64,000 nucleotides of DNA from Eledone cirrhosa (lineage: Eukaryota): assembly GCA_964016885.1 (NCBI GenBank), contig OZ024765.1, forward strand, positions 8,308,001 through 8,372,000, read 5' to 3'. The translations under genes were made by a program, and so were the position numbers. The first letter of the stretch is position 1. Each line of letters begins with the position of its first letter. Shown one piece after another: positions 28,888 through 41,423 of the stretch. The notes under the pieces were generated by a model, which saw nothing but the letters and a program-made list of their open reading frames with translations, searched no databases and was not told the origin of the DNA.

Positions 28888-28935
<48 letters not shown>

Positions 28936-29029
28936 TAAACCCCACCAACTTTATATAGTTTAAAACCAAAAAAAATTTACCAAAATTTCATAATTAAAAC
29001 ATTTCCGGGTCTATAACCCACATTGTTGA

Positions 29030-29780
29030 TTTTGTTGTTGTTGTTTTTTTAAACCCCAAATCAATTTGGGTCATCCTTGACCTAGGAGAGATATCATATG
29101 ATCTCTGTCTCAACTAGGACCATCCTGTTTAATTTTTAGAGAATTTCATTATCGTATATGTATTACTATGTTGTGTTTTTAAACCCCAGATCAACTTGGG
29201 TCATCCTTGATCCATGAGAGAGAGAGAGAGATGGTCTGAGACTCAACTAGGATCATCCTGTTTAATTTTCAGAGTTTTATTGTCATATATGTATCACTGT
29301 TGTTGTTATTGTGTTTTTAAACCCCAGATCAACTTGGGTCATCCTTGATCCATGAGAGATATATGATGTCTCAACTAGGATCATCCTGTTTAATTTTCAG
29401 TTAATTTTATTGTCATATATGTATCACTGTTGTTGTTATTGTTTTTAAACCCCAGATCAACTTGCATCATCATTGATCCATGAAAGAGAGATATGATCTG
29501 TGGCTCAACTAGGATCAACCTGTTTAATTTTCAGTTAATTTTGTCATATATGTATCACTGTTGTTGTTGTTATTGTGTTTTTAAACTCCAGATCAGCTTG
29601 AGTCAGCCTTGATCCAGGAGAGAGATATATGATCCGTAGTTCGACAAGGAACATCCTGTTTAATTTTCAGCTAATTTTATTGTTTTATATGTATCACTAT
29701 GTCATTGATTTTTTTTTTGATTTTTTTTTTTTTTTTTTTTTTTTATGGCTGTTTAAACCTCGGATCAGCATTGATCCATA
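29030..29780. repeat. Degenerate tandem repeat, unit about 120-130 bp (about 6 units)
   Basis: Recurrent aaaccccagatcaacttgggtcatccttgatcc...caactaggatcatcctgtttaattttc. Confidence 0.75.
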
Positions 29781-29782
29781 AA

Positions 29783-30522
29783 AGTGTCTCGCATGCATGC
29801 TCCGTTGGATGTGTAATAGTAATATGTGAACGGCAAAGCATAAATGAACTGTGAGAAATTAGGAATAAGAGGGATCAGATGCTGTTTACTTGAGAGAAGA
29901 CTACGTTGGTATGGTCACGTGATGCTCATGAAAGACGACAGCTGTATAAAGAAGTGCAGGGCAATCAAAATAGATGGTAGTTACGGAGTAGGCAGACCCA
30001 GAAAAACCTGGGACGATTTGATAAATTCCGACCTTACACACACCTCTCTCAGACAATGTCACTGGACCGAGATCTTTGGCACTACGCAGTAATACAGAAG
30101 ACCCGCCTTGCCTATGTACAAAGCGAAACCTACGGTCAGTAGGCACCTCCTAACCAAATATACACCCCAATACACTACCCCTACCCTATCCTCCAACTCC
30201 CACCAACACCACTCTCTCTCTATAAAGTTGGTACCACAACATCCAGTCCAAATAAATGAGATCGAGATCGTGTAGGTGTTACGACAAAAATAAACACAGT
30301 CCACGCTGTAATGTGGCCGTGAAGGTAACACGGTAGAAAGTTCCCAGTTCCACACTGTAAGTGTGGTTGGTGTTAGGAAGGGCATCCAGCCGTAGAAAAC
30401 CTGCCAGATAGTCTTATATGAGCGAGAGACAGTCTCCCGACCAACTTTGCCTCAAGTGGGACTACTCCCGTCTAACCCATGCTAACGTGGAAGATAGACG
30501 TTAAACGAAGATGATGATGATG
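29783..30522 (+). mobile_element. RTE LINE 3' fragment with long 3' UTR (related copies 34845-35360 -, 22025-22405 -, 43182-43430 -)
   Basis: RRLRWYGHVM...GRPRKTW motif, a shared UTR and (GAT)n tail. Confidence 0.8.
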
Positions 30523-30682
30523 TAAATGAGGTATTTCCGTAGGAAAAGAGAGTGCTCTATGTAGGCTACAGAGCTTTTTAGTTATGCAACATAAGATAAT
30601 TATTTCATTTACCAAAGGTTTCTTGAAGACATATAAATATCTGTCTTCGAGTGAATAACAGAATAACATAGATTCTATGTTA

Positions 30683-30733
30683 TTCATTCTGAAGACATAT
30701 AAATATGTCTTCAAGAAACCACTGGTAAATGAA
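30683..30733 (+). ncRNA. Type I hammerhead ribozyme motif
   Basis: ttcatt-CTGAAGA-catataaatatgtcttcaa-GAAA-ccactgg-TA-aatgaa. Confidence 0.62.
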
Positions 30734-30892
30734 ATAATTATCTTGTTTATTACATAACTATATATATAACCAAAAGTTAAACAAGGTTCATTGATTAATC
30801 AATGAATATAGTTTTACAATAGATCAGAAAACTTCCTTCTTGAGTGCTTCTAGAGTTATTAATAAATATAGACATTCAACGTAATCAAAATA

Positions 30893-30958
30893 TATTTTAT
30901 TATGTATATTTCGGAGGTACTGTGCTGTTTTTTCAGTACGTCCTCATCAGATAAAATA
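30893..30958 (-). ncRNA. Type I hammerhead ribozyme motif (plus-strand twin at 31082-31147 has GAAA>AAAA)
   Basis: Minus strand: tattttat-CTGATGA-ggacgtactg/cagtacctcc-GAAA-tataca-TA-ataaaata. Confidence 0.75.
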
Positions 30959-31585
30959 TATAAATTGATGTATGACATACCTCAACTGAGCTGATGGTTC
31001 AATTCCAGTCTTGGCAGTACAATCTTCAAGACTGGAATTGAACTATCAGCACAGTTGGGGTATGTCATACATCAATTTATATATTTTATCTGATGAGGAC
31101 GTACTGAAAAAACAGCACAGTACCTCCAAAATATATATAATAAAATATATTTTGATTACATTGAATGTCTATTTTTATTAATATTTTGAATTTATATATA
31201 TATATGTATACGTACAGAGATATATTTATACAGACGTACAGTAGTTTGTATATATATACATACATGCGCACGTATCGGTTTACCGAACATTCATTATAAT
31301 GCTCGGTTTGTTTGTAAACAAACAAACAGCCCGAATTACGCTGTACAGTGTTTAGGCAACCATGTCACCTTTTTGTTCAACACTGACACAGGAACGATGT
31401 ACTAGTTTCAAGCTTATTAGCTATCGTCAGCATCGTACACCTTCCTGCCAGATGGTTGAACGTCTGAAAGTATATACTTTCCTTATGCATATTAACGGCT
31501 GAGCAGCCTAATTTGCATATCGAGTGAGTTTAGTCGGCCGGGCGCACCGAAAACGGTAAATGGAATAGAATGAAACGATACGTGC

Positions 31586-31622
<37 letters not shown>

Positions 31623-32335
31623 CATGTATCTATGTATAGATATATACATACTACTGTAGGTCTGTATACATACATACATACTTACATTTAAGTAACTGCC
31701 ATACTCAGAGTAAGAAATGAAATTTTGTTTCATTCTATTCTGTATATATATATATAAATGAAAAGTATAGAAATTATGAGCAAGAAACACAGTATTTCAT
31801 AATATATATATATAAACAAATACATATATATATGTGTGTAATGGTTAAAAACTTTCCCCGATTTCGCCTGAAACTTTTTCCCCCTATATACAGATACATA
31901 TATATCTCTATCTATCTATCTATATATATATATATATATATATGCATGCCAATTCTAACACATATATATCATAGAAACGATCGTTAAATAATGAACTTTT
32001 TTTGTTTAATATAAGGAACTGTTTCATTGTTTTATTCATTATTTTTTTAATATTTTATCTTGACTCTGTATTCCGTTTATCTTTCACCGAAAGTGATTTT
32101 TCATTGCATCTCTTCTTTCCATGATATCCGGATTACATTGAGTTCTTCATACGGATTGGACACTACCGTAAACTCTTGGTAGATTTATCTACATATATAT
32201 ATATATATATCTATAATAGAATAATCGAGTATCGGAAAATCAGCTCACGAATTAACGATAAACAAATCCGATATGAGTGGCAGAGGGCTCAATAATTTGG
32301 ATAAATCAGAGCTATATATATATATATATATATAT

Positions 32336-32709
32336 GGCATACGTCAAGACGGGCGGTCTCAAAAGTGAAAGTAAATTTATTCAGTCCCAAATCGAAGCTC
32401 TAACACTCTCGTCCCCATCATTCAGCAGGGATTTTGCCAGGCAGCCGCATCATCTCCGATGGTTAGGCTTCCTGTTCGGAAATTGAAGGTGGGATTTACG
32501 TTCATGATGTTGTGGTGCACGAACGGAACTTTGTAGATACTGCGGACCCTGATGTGCACACACAGCTCATAGAGAACACATGGAGCCGTGCAAAGAAGCT
32601 TCGTCGCCAGCATGTTTCGTTTGAACACACACACAAAATGTAAACACGACGTTCGAAAATGAAAATAAATTTACTTTCACTTTTGAGACCGCCCGTCTTG
32701 ACGTATGCC
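32336..32709. mobile_element. MITE with 46-bp perfect TIRs, inserted in (TA)n
   Basis: ggcatacgtcaagacgggcggtctcaaaagtgaaagtaaatttatt and its exact reverse complement. Confidence 0.8.
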
Positions 32710-33109
32710 TATATATATGTATATATATATATACACACACACACACACATTAATAATAATGGGTGAAAGCAGCGATTCTTTGCTTAAACTTTAATCTGTT
32801 ATTTTAATAAATATATATATATGGTGGTATGGACATGTGATGCATATGGAGGATGACCGATGGGTGAAGAAGTGACAGAAAATGCCAGTTGTAGGAAGAC
32901 TTGGTAGAGGTAGACCACGAAAAACATGGGTGGAGGTGGTGAGAACAGCCCTCAGATCGCTGAAGCTCACAGTGGAGATGACGAAGGACCGTGACCAGTG
33001 GAGAGATGCTGTGCTGAATAGGACCCGTCCCTCCCTTGCAAGCAGGGAAAAGCGGACGTAAAATTATGATGATATACTCTATATATATATATTTAGAAAT
33101 GCTGATATA

Positions 33110-33144
<35 letters not shown>

Positions 33145-33316
33145 GAAATGCGCAACCGGTAAAAACTTAAAAACTTAAAACCACAACTGAATACTAACCC
33201 ATACAATCACTAATACTCTTTTATTCCTAATTAAACCATTTTTCAACTGTGAACAATTTGTCAGCATTTTCTATTCCGTTTACCAATATATATATATATA
33301 TATACACTTCAGCCGA

Positions 33317-34552
33317 AAGTACCAGTAATAGCCAAGGATTTAACACTGCGATGGACTGATGTCCTGTATCCTCAGTAGCTTAACGCTACGAAAACCCAGA
33401 CAGAAACTTTAGACTACAGAATATAAACTATGAATAATATAATATATGATGATGATGATGATGATGGCGATGATGATGATAGTACAAAAATTAGTTAATA
33501 TAAATAAAAATAAAATAATAATAATGAAATTATTGTGTACAGTGCTCAGGCACTCGATAACATTCGAATAAACGTGTAAAAGTATAAAAATATATACATG
33601 GTGAGTACAGAATATAAAATATGAATAATATAATTTACTTAACGAAATGTTCTGAATCAGATAGGGGCGAGGATAATCGTCAGAAATCAGTCGATCCACG
33701 AAATCATCACCCTCAAGACATCTCGGTTAATATAAACTCATATTCGTCTGAAACTTTTTTTCCATCCATTTTCACGATTAAGTAAGGACATAGTTATCGT
33801 TCTTGAGATTTCGCTTTGGTGAAATTTAAGGAACTGATGTCGCTGGACAGTCAACAGTTTTACCTGCACCGTTGCATCATGGGAGATTTAGTGGATAACT
33901 TTTATTGTTTTATTTTTTAATATCGGCTGTTTTTATTGATTTCTTCGAGTTTGTTGATACAATTTATTCCATTTAATCTCCTATCTATAGATTGATATAT
34001 TTATACAGGCTGTCCCCCGAAAATGTATATATATATATATACACACAGACTGTCCCAAAAATAGATATACACTTCTAAAAGTGTATACATTTTGGGGGAA
34101 CAGCCTGTATAAATATATCAATCATTTATTTACTATTGTCAATCAACAAACTCGAAGAAATCAATAAAAGTTATCCACTAAATCTCCCATGATGCAACGG
34201 TGCAGGTAAAACTGTTGACTCTCCAGCGACATCAGTTCCTTAAATTTCACCAAAGGGAAATCTCAAGAACGATAACTCTGTCCTTACTTAATCGTGAAAA
34301 TGGATGGAAAAAAAGTTTCAGACGAATATGAGTTTATATTGTCCTAGGGTGATGATTTCGTGGATCGACTGATTTCTGACGATTATCCTCGCCCCTATCT
34401 GACTCAGAACATTTCGTTAAGTAAATTATATTATTCATAGTTTATATTCTGTAGTCTAAAGTGTCTATGAGGGTTTTCGTAGCGTTAAGCTACTGAGGAT
34501 AATGGACATCAGTCCATCGCAGTGTTAAATCTTTGGCTATTACTGGTACTTT
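33317..34552. repeat. Large imperfect inverted duplication (palindrome)
   Basis: 33317 to about 34030 is the reverse complement of about 34082-34552, apart from insertions. Confidence 0.9.
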
Positions 34553-35386
34553 ATATATATATATGTTAGCTTCTCGCTACAATAATTCCTATACTTTTCA
34601 TTTATATATATTTATATATATATATATACATACATGCGCGTGTTTCTTAGAATGCTGTTGATGTGTGTATACCTTTTTGAGGACACCATGTATATATTTT
34701 TATACTTTTATAGTATATATAAACACACACACGTTTATTCGAATGCGATCGAGTGTGATCATCATGAGTTGTAGTGCACCTGAGCACTGTACACAATGAT
34801 TTCATTATTATTATTTTATTTTTATATTAACTAATTTGTGTACTATCATCATCATCATCATCACCATCATCATCGTTTAACGTCCATCTTCCACGCTCGC
34901 ATGGGTTTAGACGAGAATTGTCCGACTTGGTTGTCTTGCTCGTATAGGACTGTCTGGCGGGTTTTCTACGGCTGGATGCCCTTCCTAACACCAACCACGT
35001 TTACAGTGTGGACTGGGAGGTTTTTACCGTGTTACCTACACGGCCACATTACAGCGTGGACTATGTTTTTTGTTGTGACACCTACACGACCTCATTTATT
35101 TCGGACTGGATGTTGTGGCACCAACATAACTTTACAGAGAAAGGGGTGATGTAGATGTGGGTGTATTTTTGGTTAAGAGGTGTCTACTGACTGTAGGTTT
35201 CGCTTTGTACTTAGGCAAGGCGGGTCTTCTGTATTACTGCGCAGCGCCATAGATCTCGGTCCAGTGACATTGACTTGGAGAGGTCGGAATTTATCAAGTT
35301 GTCCCAGGTGTTTCTGGGTCTGCCTACTCCGTAGCTACCGTCTATTTTGATTGCCCTGCGTGTATATATATTTTTGGGGACACCAT

Positions 35387-35431
<45 letters not shown>

Positions 35432-35699
35432 ACATACCATATATAAGTATATACACTTATTAGAATGCTGTTGAAGTATGTATGCATTTTTGGGGGACAT
35501 CCTGCATATTTGTATATACTCTATAATATAGAGAAAAGATGAAGTTGGAAATAGCACGGGAGATATGTTTAACGGTCTGTTTTTCTTTTTTGATTCATCA
35601 AAGTGACATTATTAAAAAGAGAGGGACAATTCTTTTTTGAAAATTTTGTTATGAAGTATATAAAGTGTATGAAAAAATTACCAGTTTCGATGTATTATG

Positions 35700-36208
35700 A
35701 TCCATCTTGTCAAATTCAGTGAAAAAAGTTAATGAAAAAGGTTAATTAAAAACATGGATGGCTACATCCATGTTCTGAGCGAGGTAGTAAAGCCCTGGAT
35801 CGACCAGGTAGCTGCAGGTAGGCAGCAAGACTCAGCGCCCTGCTATACCAGCCGAAAGACCCAAGCCTGGCTGTCAGAGAACTTCGTCGACCACACTTCA
35901 CCCCGCTCGACTTATTTGTGTGGGTCGCAGTGGAACGAGACACCAACAGATCTAGCTGCAATACGAAAGACGATCTGAAGGCCAGGATCACAAGTGCCTT
36001 TAGGGGCCTAAGTCAGGGGACAGTGATGAAGGCCTGTAGCCAGTTCCAAGGCCATCATCAAAGCCAATGGCGAGTTTATCGAGTGAGATTGAAAGAACAA
36101 GTCATGAAGACAAACTGACCCAAGTTTGATAAATAAATCTTAAAAAATAAAACTAGTTATTTTTTCCTAGACAGTAATCTTGCAAACAAATATCGTCCGC
36201 ACCCTGTA
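35700..36208 (+). mobile_element. Tc1/mariner-superfamily transposase remnant with 3' TIR
   Basis: Frameshifted YIHVLSEVVKPWI...QQDSAPCYTSRKTQAWL...VWVAVER motifs; ends ...gcaccctg|TA. Confidence 0.8.
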
Positions 36209-37309
36209 TATATATATATATATATACACACTATATATAAATTATATAGATATATAGATATATATGTATATTGTGTGTATACATATTTTGGGACATATAT
36301 ACATAATTACATACACACACTCACCATATAGACAAAAACAGTAACAACAACAAGATGTAAGTTGTTTCCCAAATTTTATTTGTGAATACATTGGAACATT
36401 TTATCATATAACGAATAAATACGCAGACAACCAACACCGAGCCACAAAGCCAGCCTTACCCCAGGGCTAGATAAATATATTTCTAATTTAATCCCAAGGC
36501 CCAGTATAGTTATACCAAACCTGGCCTTACCCCAGGGTTAGATAGCTATATATTTAATTTAACCTTTTAGCACTTAAACCGGTCGCATTCAGCCAGAATT
36601 CTCTCACCTTTCTTTTCAACCAGTCGTAACCGGCCGCTCATACTGATGTTAAGGTATTGTTCTCAAAATAAATAACATCAAAATCTCGTAGATTTGATGT
36701 TATCTGAGAAAATTATGTGAGATAGAGCTTTTTATGTGAGATAGAGCTTTTTATGTGAAGATACAATAGTAAATATTGAGTAATGTGAATGCTAAAGGGT
36801 TAAGCACAAGGTCAGTGTTATTATACTTAGGGAAAGGACAATATCAATTAAATTGACACCAGATTGTGACTGGTATTTTTATCGACCCTGGAAGGAGGAA
36901 TGGCAGAGTTCCCGCTTTAATAAAATCTGAATTTGGAGCATAGCATTTTTTAAATAAAGAGGAATATCTATTAAAATTGGACCCAGTAAATGACTGGTAC
37001 TCAAGACAGAGTTCACCTTAACAAGATCTGATTTCCAAGCATCGAGAGTCGTAACTAATTACTGCAAAGCATTTTTGTCTGAAACTCCACCGATTCTGCT
37101 AATCCACTGTATTTTCCCACCCTTTGTTAAAGAAAAGAAAAAAAAAAAACCCCTAAACATGAGAAATAATCGTCTTTTAGAAGAAGGAATGACTAGAAAA
37201 GATCAGTCGACATTTATTTAGCAGGAAGCAGAGAAGAAGCACCACATAGCTGAGCAATTTGTAAAACCAGTATCATTTTATATATATGTGTATGTGTGTA
37301 TATATAAAT

Positions 37310-37715
37310 AACCAAAGATTAATATGGTTCATTGATTACTCAATGAATATAGTTTTACAATAGATTAAAAGCACTCTACAAGGAAGTTTTCTGGAGTTAT
37401 TAATATTATTTGAAATATTAATAAATGAAGACATTCACATAATCAAAATGTTTTATTTTATATATATTTCGGAGGTACTGTGCTGTTTTTTCAGTACGTC
37501 CTCGTCAGATAAAATACATGAATTGATGTATGACATACCTCAACGGTCTTGACGGTTCAATTCCAATATTGGCAGTTGAGATATGTCATACATCAATTCA
37601 TGTATTTTATCTGACGAGGACGTACTGAAAAAACAGCACAGTACCTTCGAAATATATATAATAAAACATATATTTTGATTATGTGAATGTCTTCATTTAT
37701 TAATATTTTGAATAA
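37310..37715. mobile_element. Fold-back hammerhead element; sister copy at 30770-31185
   Basis: Inverted arms about 37405-37715 next to a (TA)n tract; high similarity to 30770-31185. Confidence 0.7.
37603..37668 (+). ncRNA. Type I hammerhead ribozyme motif (antisense twin at about 37450-37516)
   Basis: tattttat-CTGACGA-ggacgtactg/cagtaccttc-GAAA-tatata-TA-ataaaaca. Confidence 0.78.
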
Positions 37716-37923
37716 TGTATATATATATATATATATATATATAATATGGAAAACAAAGAATCAGTGATGCTTCAGAACTCAATTATTATGTATTACAATT
37801 GTTTCTTCGGCAAACAGCTCAAGGTACGATCTGTTTGTGGATCGAACCTGACTCTGGAGTCGCAGGTTCCTCAGACATGTCTAGTGATTTCTAGAGAAAG
37901 AGAATTTGCTTCGAAATCACTAG

Positions 37924-38016
37924 ACGTATCTGAGGAACTTGCGAATCCAGAGTCAGGTTCGATCCACAAACAGATCCCACCTCGCGCTGTTTGCCGGAGA
38001 AACAATTGTAATACGT
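37924..38016 (+). ncRNA. Type I hammerhead ribozyme motif with extended stem II (antisense twin at about 37789-37879)
   Basis: acgtat-CTGAGGA-(about 60 nt)-GAAA-caattg-TA-atacgt; perfect 6-bp stem I. Confidence 0.68.
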
Positions 38017-38703
38017 AATAAATTGTGTTCTGAAGCATCACTGATTCTTTGTTTTCCATATTATCATACTCTGCTCCGTAGGAGCATAGAGTACTCAACC
38101 GGCATACCACCTATGGAAACATCCTAGCAACCATACGACATATATATATATCTCATCATCATCATCATCATTGTTTAACGTCCATCTTCCACACTAGCAT
38201 GGGTTAGATGGTTTTGTTCCATTTGATGCGGGAATGGTTGGAAGGCCGTGTCTCGCTCGTACACACACACACACATGATGATGATGGCTGCCCCCTCGTT
38301 ATCGAGTATGGCCATTGCACGATATACCATTATTAATAATTATTAATTAATTCTATCGTGCAATGCCTGTGCGTGAAGATATTTTTTTAAAGTGAGGAAA
38401 GACTGTGCACTGAGCCAATCCCACTGAGAGACAGTAGCTATCACCCGAAAAGAAGAAAAGATCAACATCATCGGTAACTACTGAGCAGCAGGTTTTATAT
38501 CGGAGCTATCCCCTCCCCCCCATACACACCTATATATGCAACAAATGCGAACACTGCATCTTGGATTGCATAAGGGTAGCCATGAAAATAATTATAATGA
38601 ATAAACGCTTTATGTAATCATAGCATCTTTCTTAATGATATTCTTTTATAATATATACCTTCCATATACTGTACCGATTGTGTTGTTATTTCTATTTAGC
38701 TTT

Positions 38704-38743
<40 letters not shown>

Positions 38744-38828
38744 AAAGTTTTATTTAAAATTGTAGGGTTACAACGAGTAAATATTTTATAACTGATATAA
38801 AAGCACTCAACAGGTTTTGGAGTAGGTT

Positions 38829-39162
38829 TACGATATTAAACAAATGGAAACTATATTTATAAAACCATATTTATTTCAGGGATACCATATTAAAAATATG
38901 GCATGCCTTCCTCAGACAAAATACAATATATAAACCGTTTTATAAATAAATTTGACATACCTAGAACAGTGCAACTTCCATTTAAATCAACTTTTTAAAT
39001 GGAAGTTGCACTGTTCTAGGTATGTCAAATTTATTTATAAAACGGTTTATATATTGTATTTTGTCTGAGGAAGGCATGCCATATTTTTAATATGGTATCC
39101 CTGAAATATATATAATGAAATAAATATGGTTTTATAAATATAGTTTCCATTTGTTTAATATC

Positions 39163-39165
<3 letters not shown>
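38829..39165. mobile_element. Fold-back hammerhead element; related to 17648-17980 and 16260-16490
   Basis: Inverted arms. Shared (g/a)tatgtca motif upstream of the hammerhead and shared ggtttt/tataaa...tttccattt tail. Confidence 0.68.
39057..39122 (+). ncRNA. Type I hammerhead ribozyme motif (partial antisense twin at about 38873-38925)
   Basis: tattttgt-CTGAGGA-aggcatgccata/tatggtatccct-GAAA-tatata-TA-atgaaata. Confidence 0.78.
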
Positions 39166-39198
<33 letters not shown>

Positions 39199-40335
39199 TA
39201 GTATATTACCTGTGTTGTGATAGGGTCATTTTATCAATATACTTTATACTATTGCCATTGTGGTCAACTTCAGGTAATGCTATAATCATCATCATCATCA
39301 CCATTATTTCACTGACCCCCCCCCCCCCCCCCCCCGGAAAGACAAAAGGCAATCTTGATCCTTGACCTCAACATGAACTGGCCTCAGAATGTGAAAACAA
39401 AAACAACAACAATGGCCTCTGATTTTAGGCACAAGGCCAGCAATTTGGGGGAGGGGAAGTCGACTAAATCGACCTCAGTGTATTACTGGTACTTTATTCT
39501 AGTGACACACCGGGGTTGATTTATATTAACAATAACAATAATGATGGTTTCTACTTTAGGCACAAGGCCAGCAATTTGGGGGAGGGGAGGGAAAAGTCGG
39601 TTAGATCGACCCCAGCGCATTACTGGTACTTTATTTTATCGACCCTGTAAGGATGAAAGACAAAGCTAACCTCCTCCAGTACTTTATTAAGCCCGCAGTA
39701 CGTTACTGGTACTTTACCAAGTTTATCACCCCCCACCCACCACCTAGAAGAATGAAAAGGCAGAAGAAAAGACAAAATAAAGCTGGGAGGAGGAGGAGGA
39801 GGAGGTGAACAATGTATCAAACAACCCCCCCCCCCCCCCCCCGCCATCACACAGAGACTGCTCCTGCTGTCACCGACGACGACGATGATGATGACAATGG
39901 CCGCTGTGGCTACCCCCTCCCCACCCTACCCCCGTCCCCTCACCTAGATTAATTAATAGTTGTTTCACCCCACCCCAGCCCTGTCTGTGTCTCTCTCTCT
40001 GTCTCTGTCACTGTTATTATTAATAATAATAATTGTTTCTACTTTAGGCACAAGGCCAGCAATTACCCAGTACATTACTGGTACTTTATTTTATCGACTT
40101 TGTTTTATTTACTTTGAATAAATAATTGTTTCTACTTTAGGCACAAGGCCAGCAATTACCCAGTGCATTACTGGTACTTTATTTTATCGACCCCCGTAAG
40201 GATGAAAGGCAAAGTCAACCTCGGCGGGATTTGAACTCAGATCGTAAAGGGACGTAACTCTATGCTGGAAAGCATGGCGTCCGACCCTCTACCGATACTG
40301 CCAATCCACCGCCCTTAATATTAATAATAATAATA

Positions 40336-40422
40336 TTATTTCTTCAGAGTTTTCATCCTGTCCTCCAGACTTTTACAGTTGGATTTGATGACCTCAGTGT
40401 TCTGAGTGAAGGACCCTTCCAG
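40336..40422 (-). CDS. DCTN2: DCTN2 last coding exon
   Basis: cag| acceptor. LEGSFTQNTEVIKSNCKSLEDRMKTLKK followed by TAA. Confidence 0.93.
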   Translation of the reverse strand: MEGSFTQNTEVIKSNCKSLEDRMKTLKK

Positions 40423-40551
40423 CTGGAAATAAAGAGAGAAAGAGATATATAATATATATATATATATATAGACATATATATATAGACATATATATAATTA
40501 TACTGTAATATTGTGTTGGTATCACAACAAGCACCCAGCCCACACTGTTAT

Positions 40552-40579
<28 letters not shown>

Positions 40580-40586
<7 letters not shown>

Positions 40587-40986
40587 ATCAAAAGATGGTT
40601 AAAGGAGTTCCATGTATTTTATTATGCGCATTTCAAAAAACAAACATCATCATGCAATAAAATTTGTGTTTTCATCAGATAAAACAGGAGAACATGATAT
40701 GAAGGCTAAAAAACACTTGTGGATAGTGCAGTTGATTTAAAACTGCACTATCCACAAGTGTTTTTTAGCCTTCATATCATGTTCTCCTGTTTTATCTGAT
40801 GAAAACACAAATATTATTGCATGATGATGTTTGTTTTTTGAAATGCGCATAATAAAATACATGGAACTCCTTTAACCATCTTTTGATCTTATATATTATG
40901 TATACTCCAGTCCTACAAACTGTAGAGTGCTTCTTATCCGATATCTGCATTGCTTTATTGTACTACAATAAAACTCACCTCCTACA
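40580..40986. mobile_element. Fold-back element with paired hammerheads (Penelope-like pseudo-LTR derivative); same family at 63172-63600 and 22990-23295
   Basis: Near-perfect inverted arms of about 155 bp plus a unique tail, flanked by (TA)n. Three related copies in the window. Confidence 0.7.
40788..40859 (+). ncRNA. Type I hammerhead ribozyme motif (antisense twin at about 40615-40686)
   Basis: tgttttat-CTGATGA-aaacacaaatattattgcatgatgatgtttgtttttt-GAAA-tgcgca-TA-ataaaata. Confidence 0.78.
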
Positions 40987-41074
40987 TATATATATATATA
41001 TATATATAGACATATATATAATTATACTGTAATATTGTGTTGGTATCACAACAACAAGCACCCAGCCCACACTG

Positions 41075-41136
<62 letters not shown>

Positions 41137-41384
41137 ATCTAAGGCGGGTAAAATTCCCGAGATCCATGGACGAGTTCTCTCTAGCGGTCTCTGTCCCCCA
41201 TCATCGCTGCCACAGAGGAGACTGAGGTTAGCTGGATATGCTCACGGACATCCAGAGTTGACATTGCACTTAGTGCTCCTTTGGTAGCCCCTACATGGAC
41301 ACACTAGAAGAGGAAGACCAAGGTTAACGTATGTTGATGCCCTAAGGACAGACACTGGTCTGTTGGAGACGCAGGACATGGCAG

Positions 41385-41423
<39 letters not shown>

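Noticed and set aside
31543-31553. gcaccgaaaac match to recalled U3 snoRNA sequence
   Set aside because: Only about 11 nt match, and no U3 boxes are present in the flanks.
34349-34405. C/D-box snoRNA-like GTGATGA...CTGA
   Set aside because: It is short (about 55 nt), not in a recognised intron, and has no clear terminal stem or identifiable guide target.
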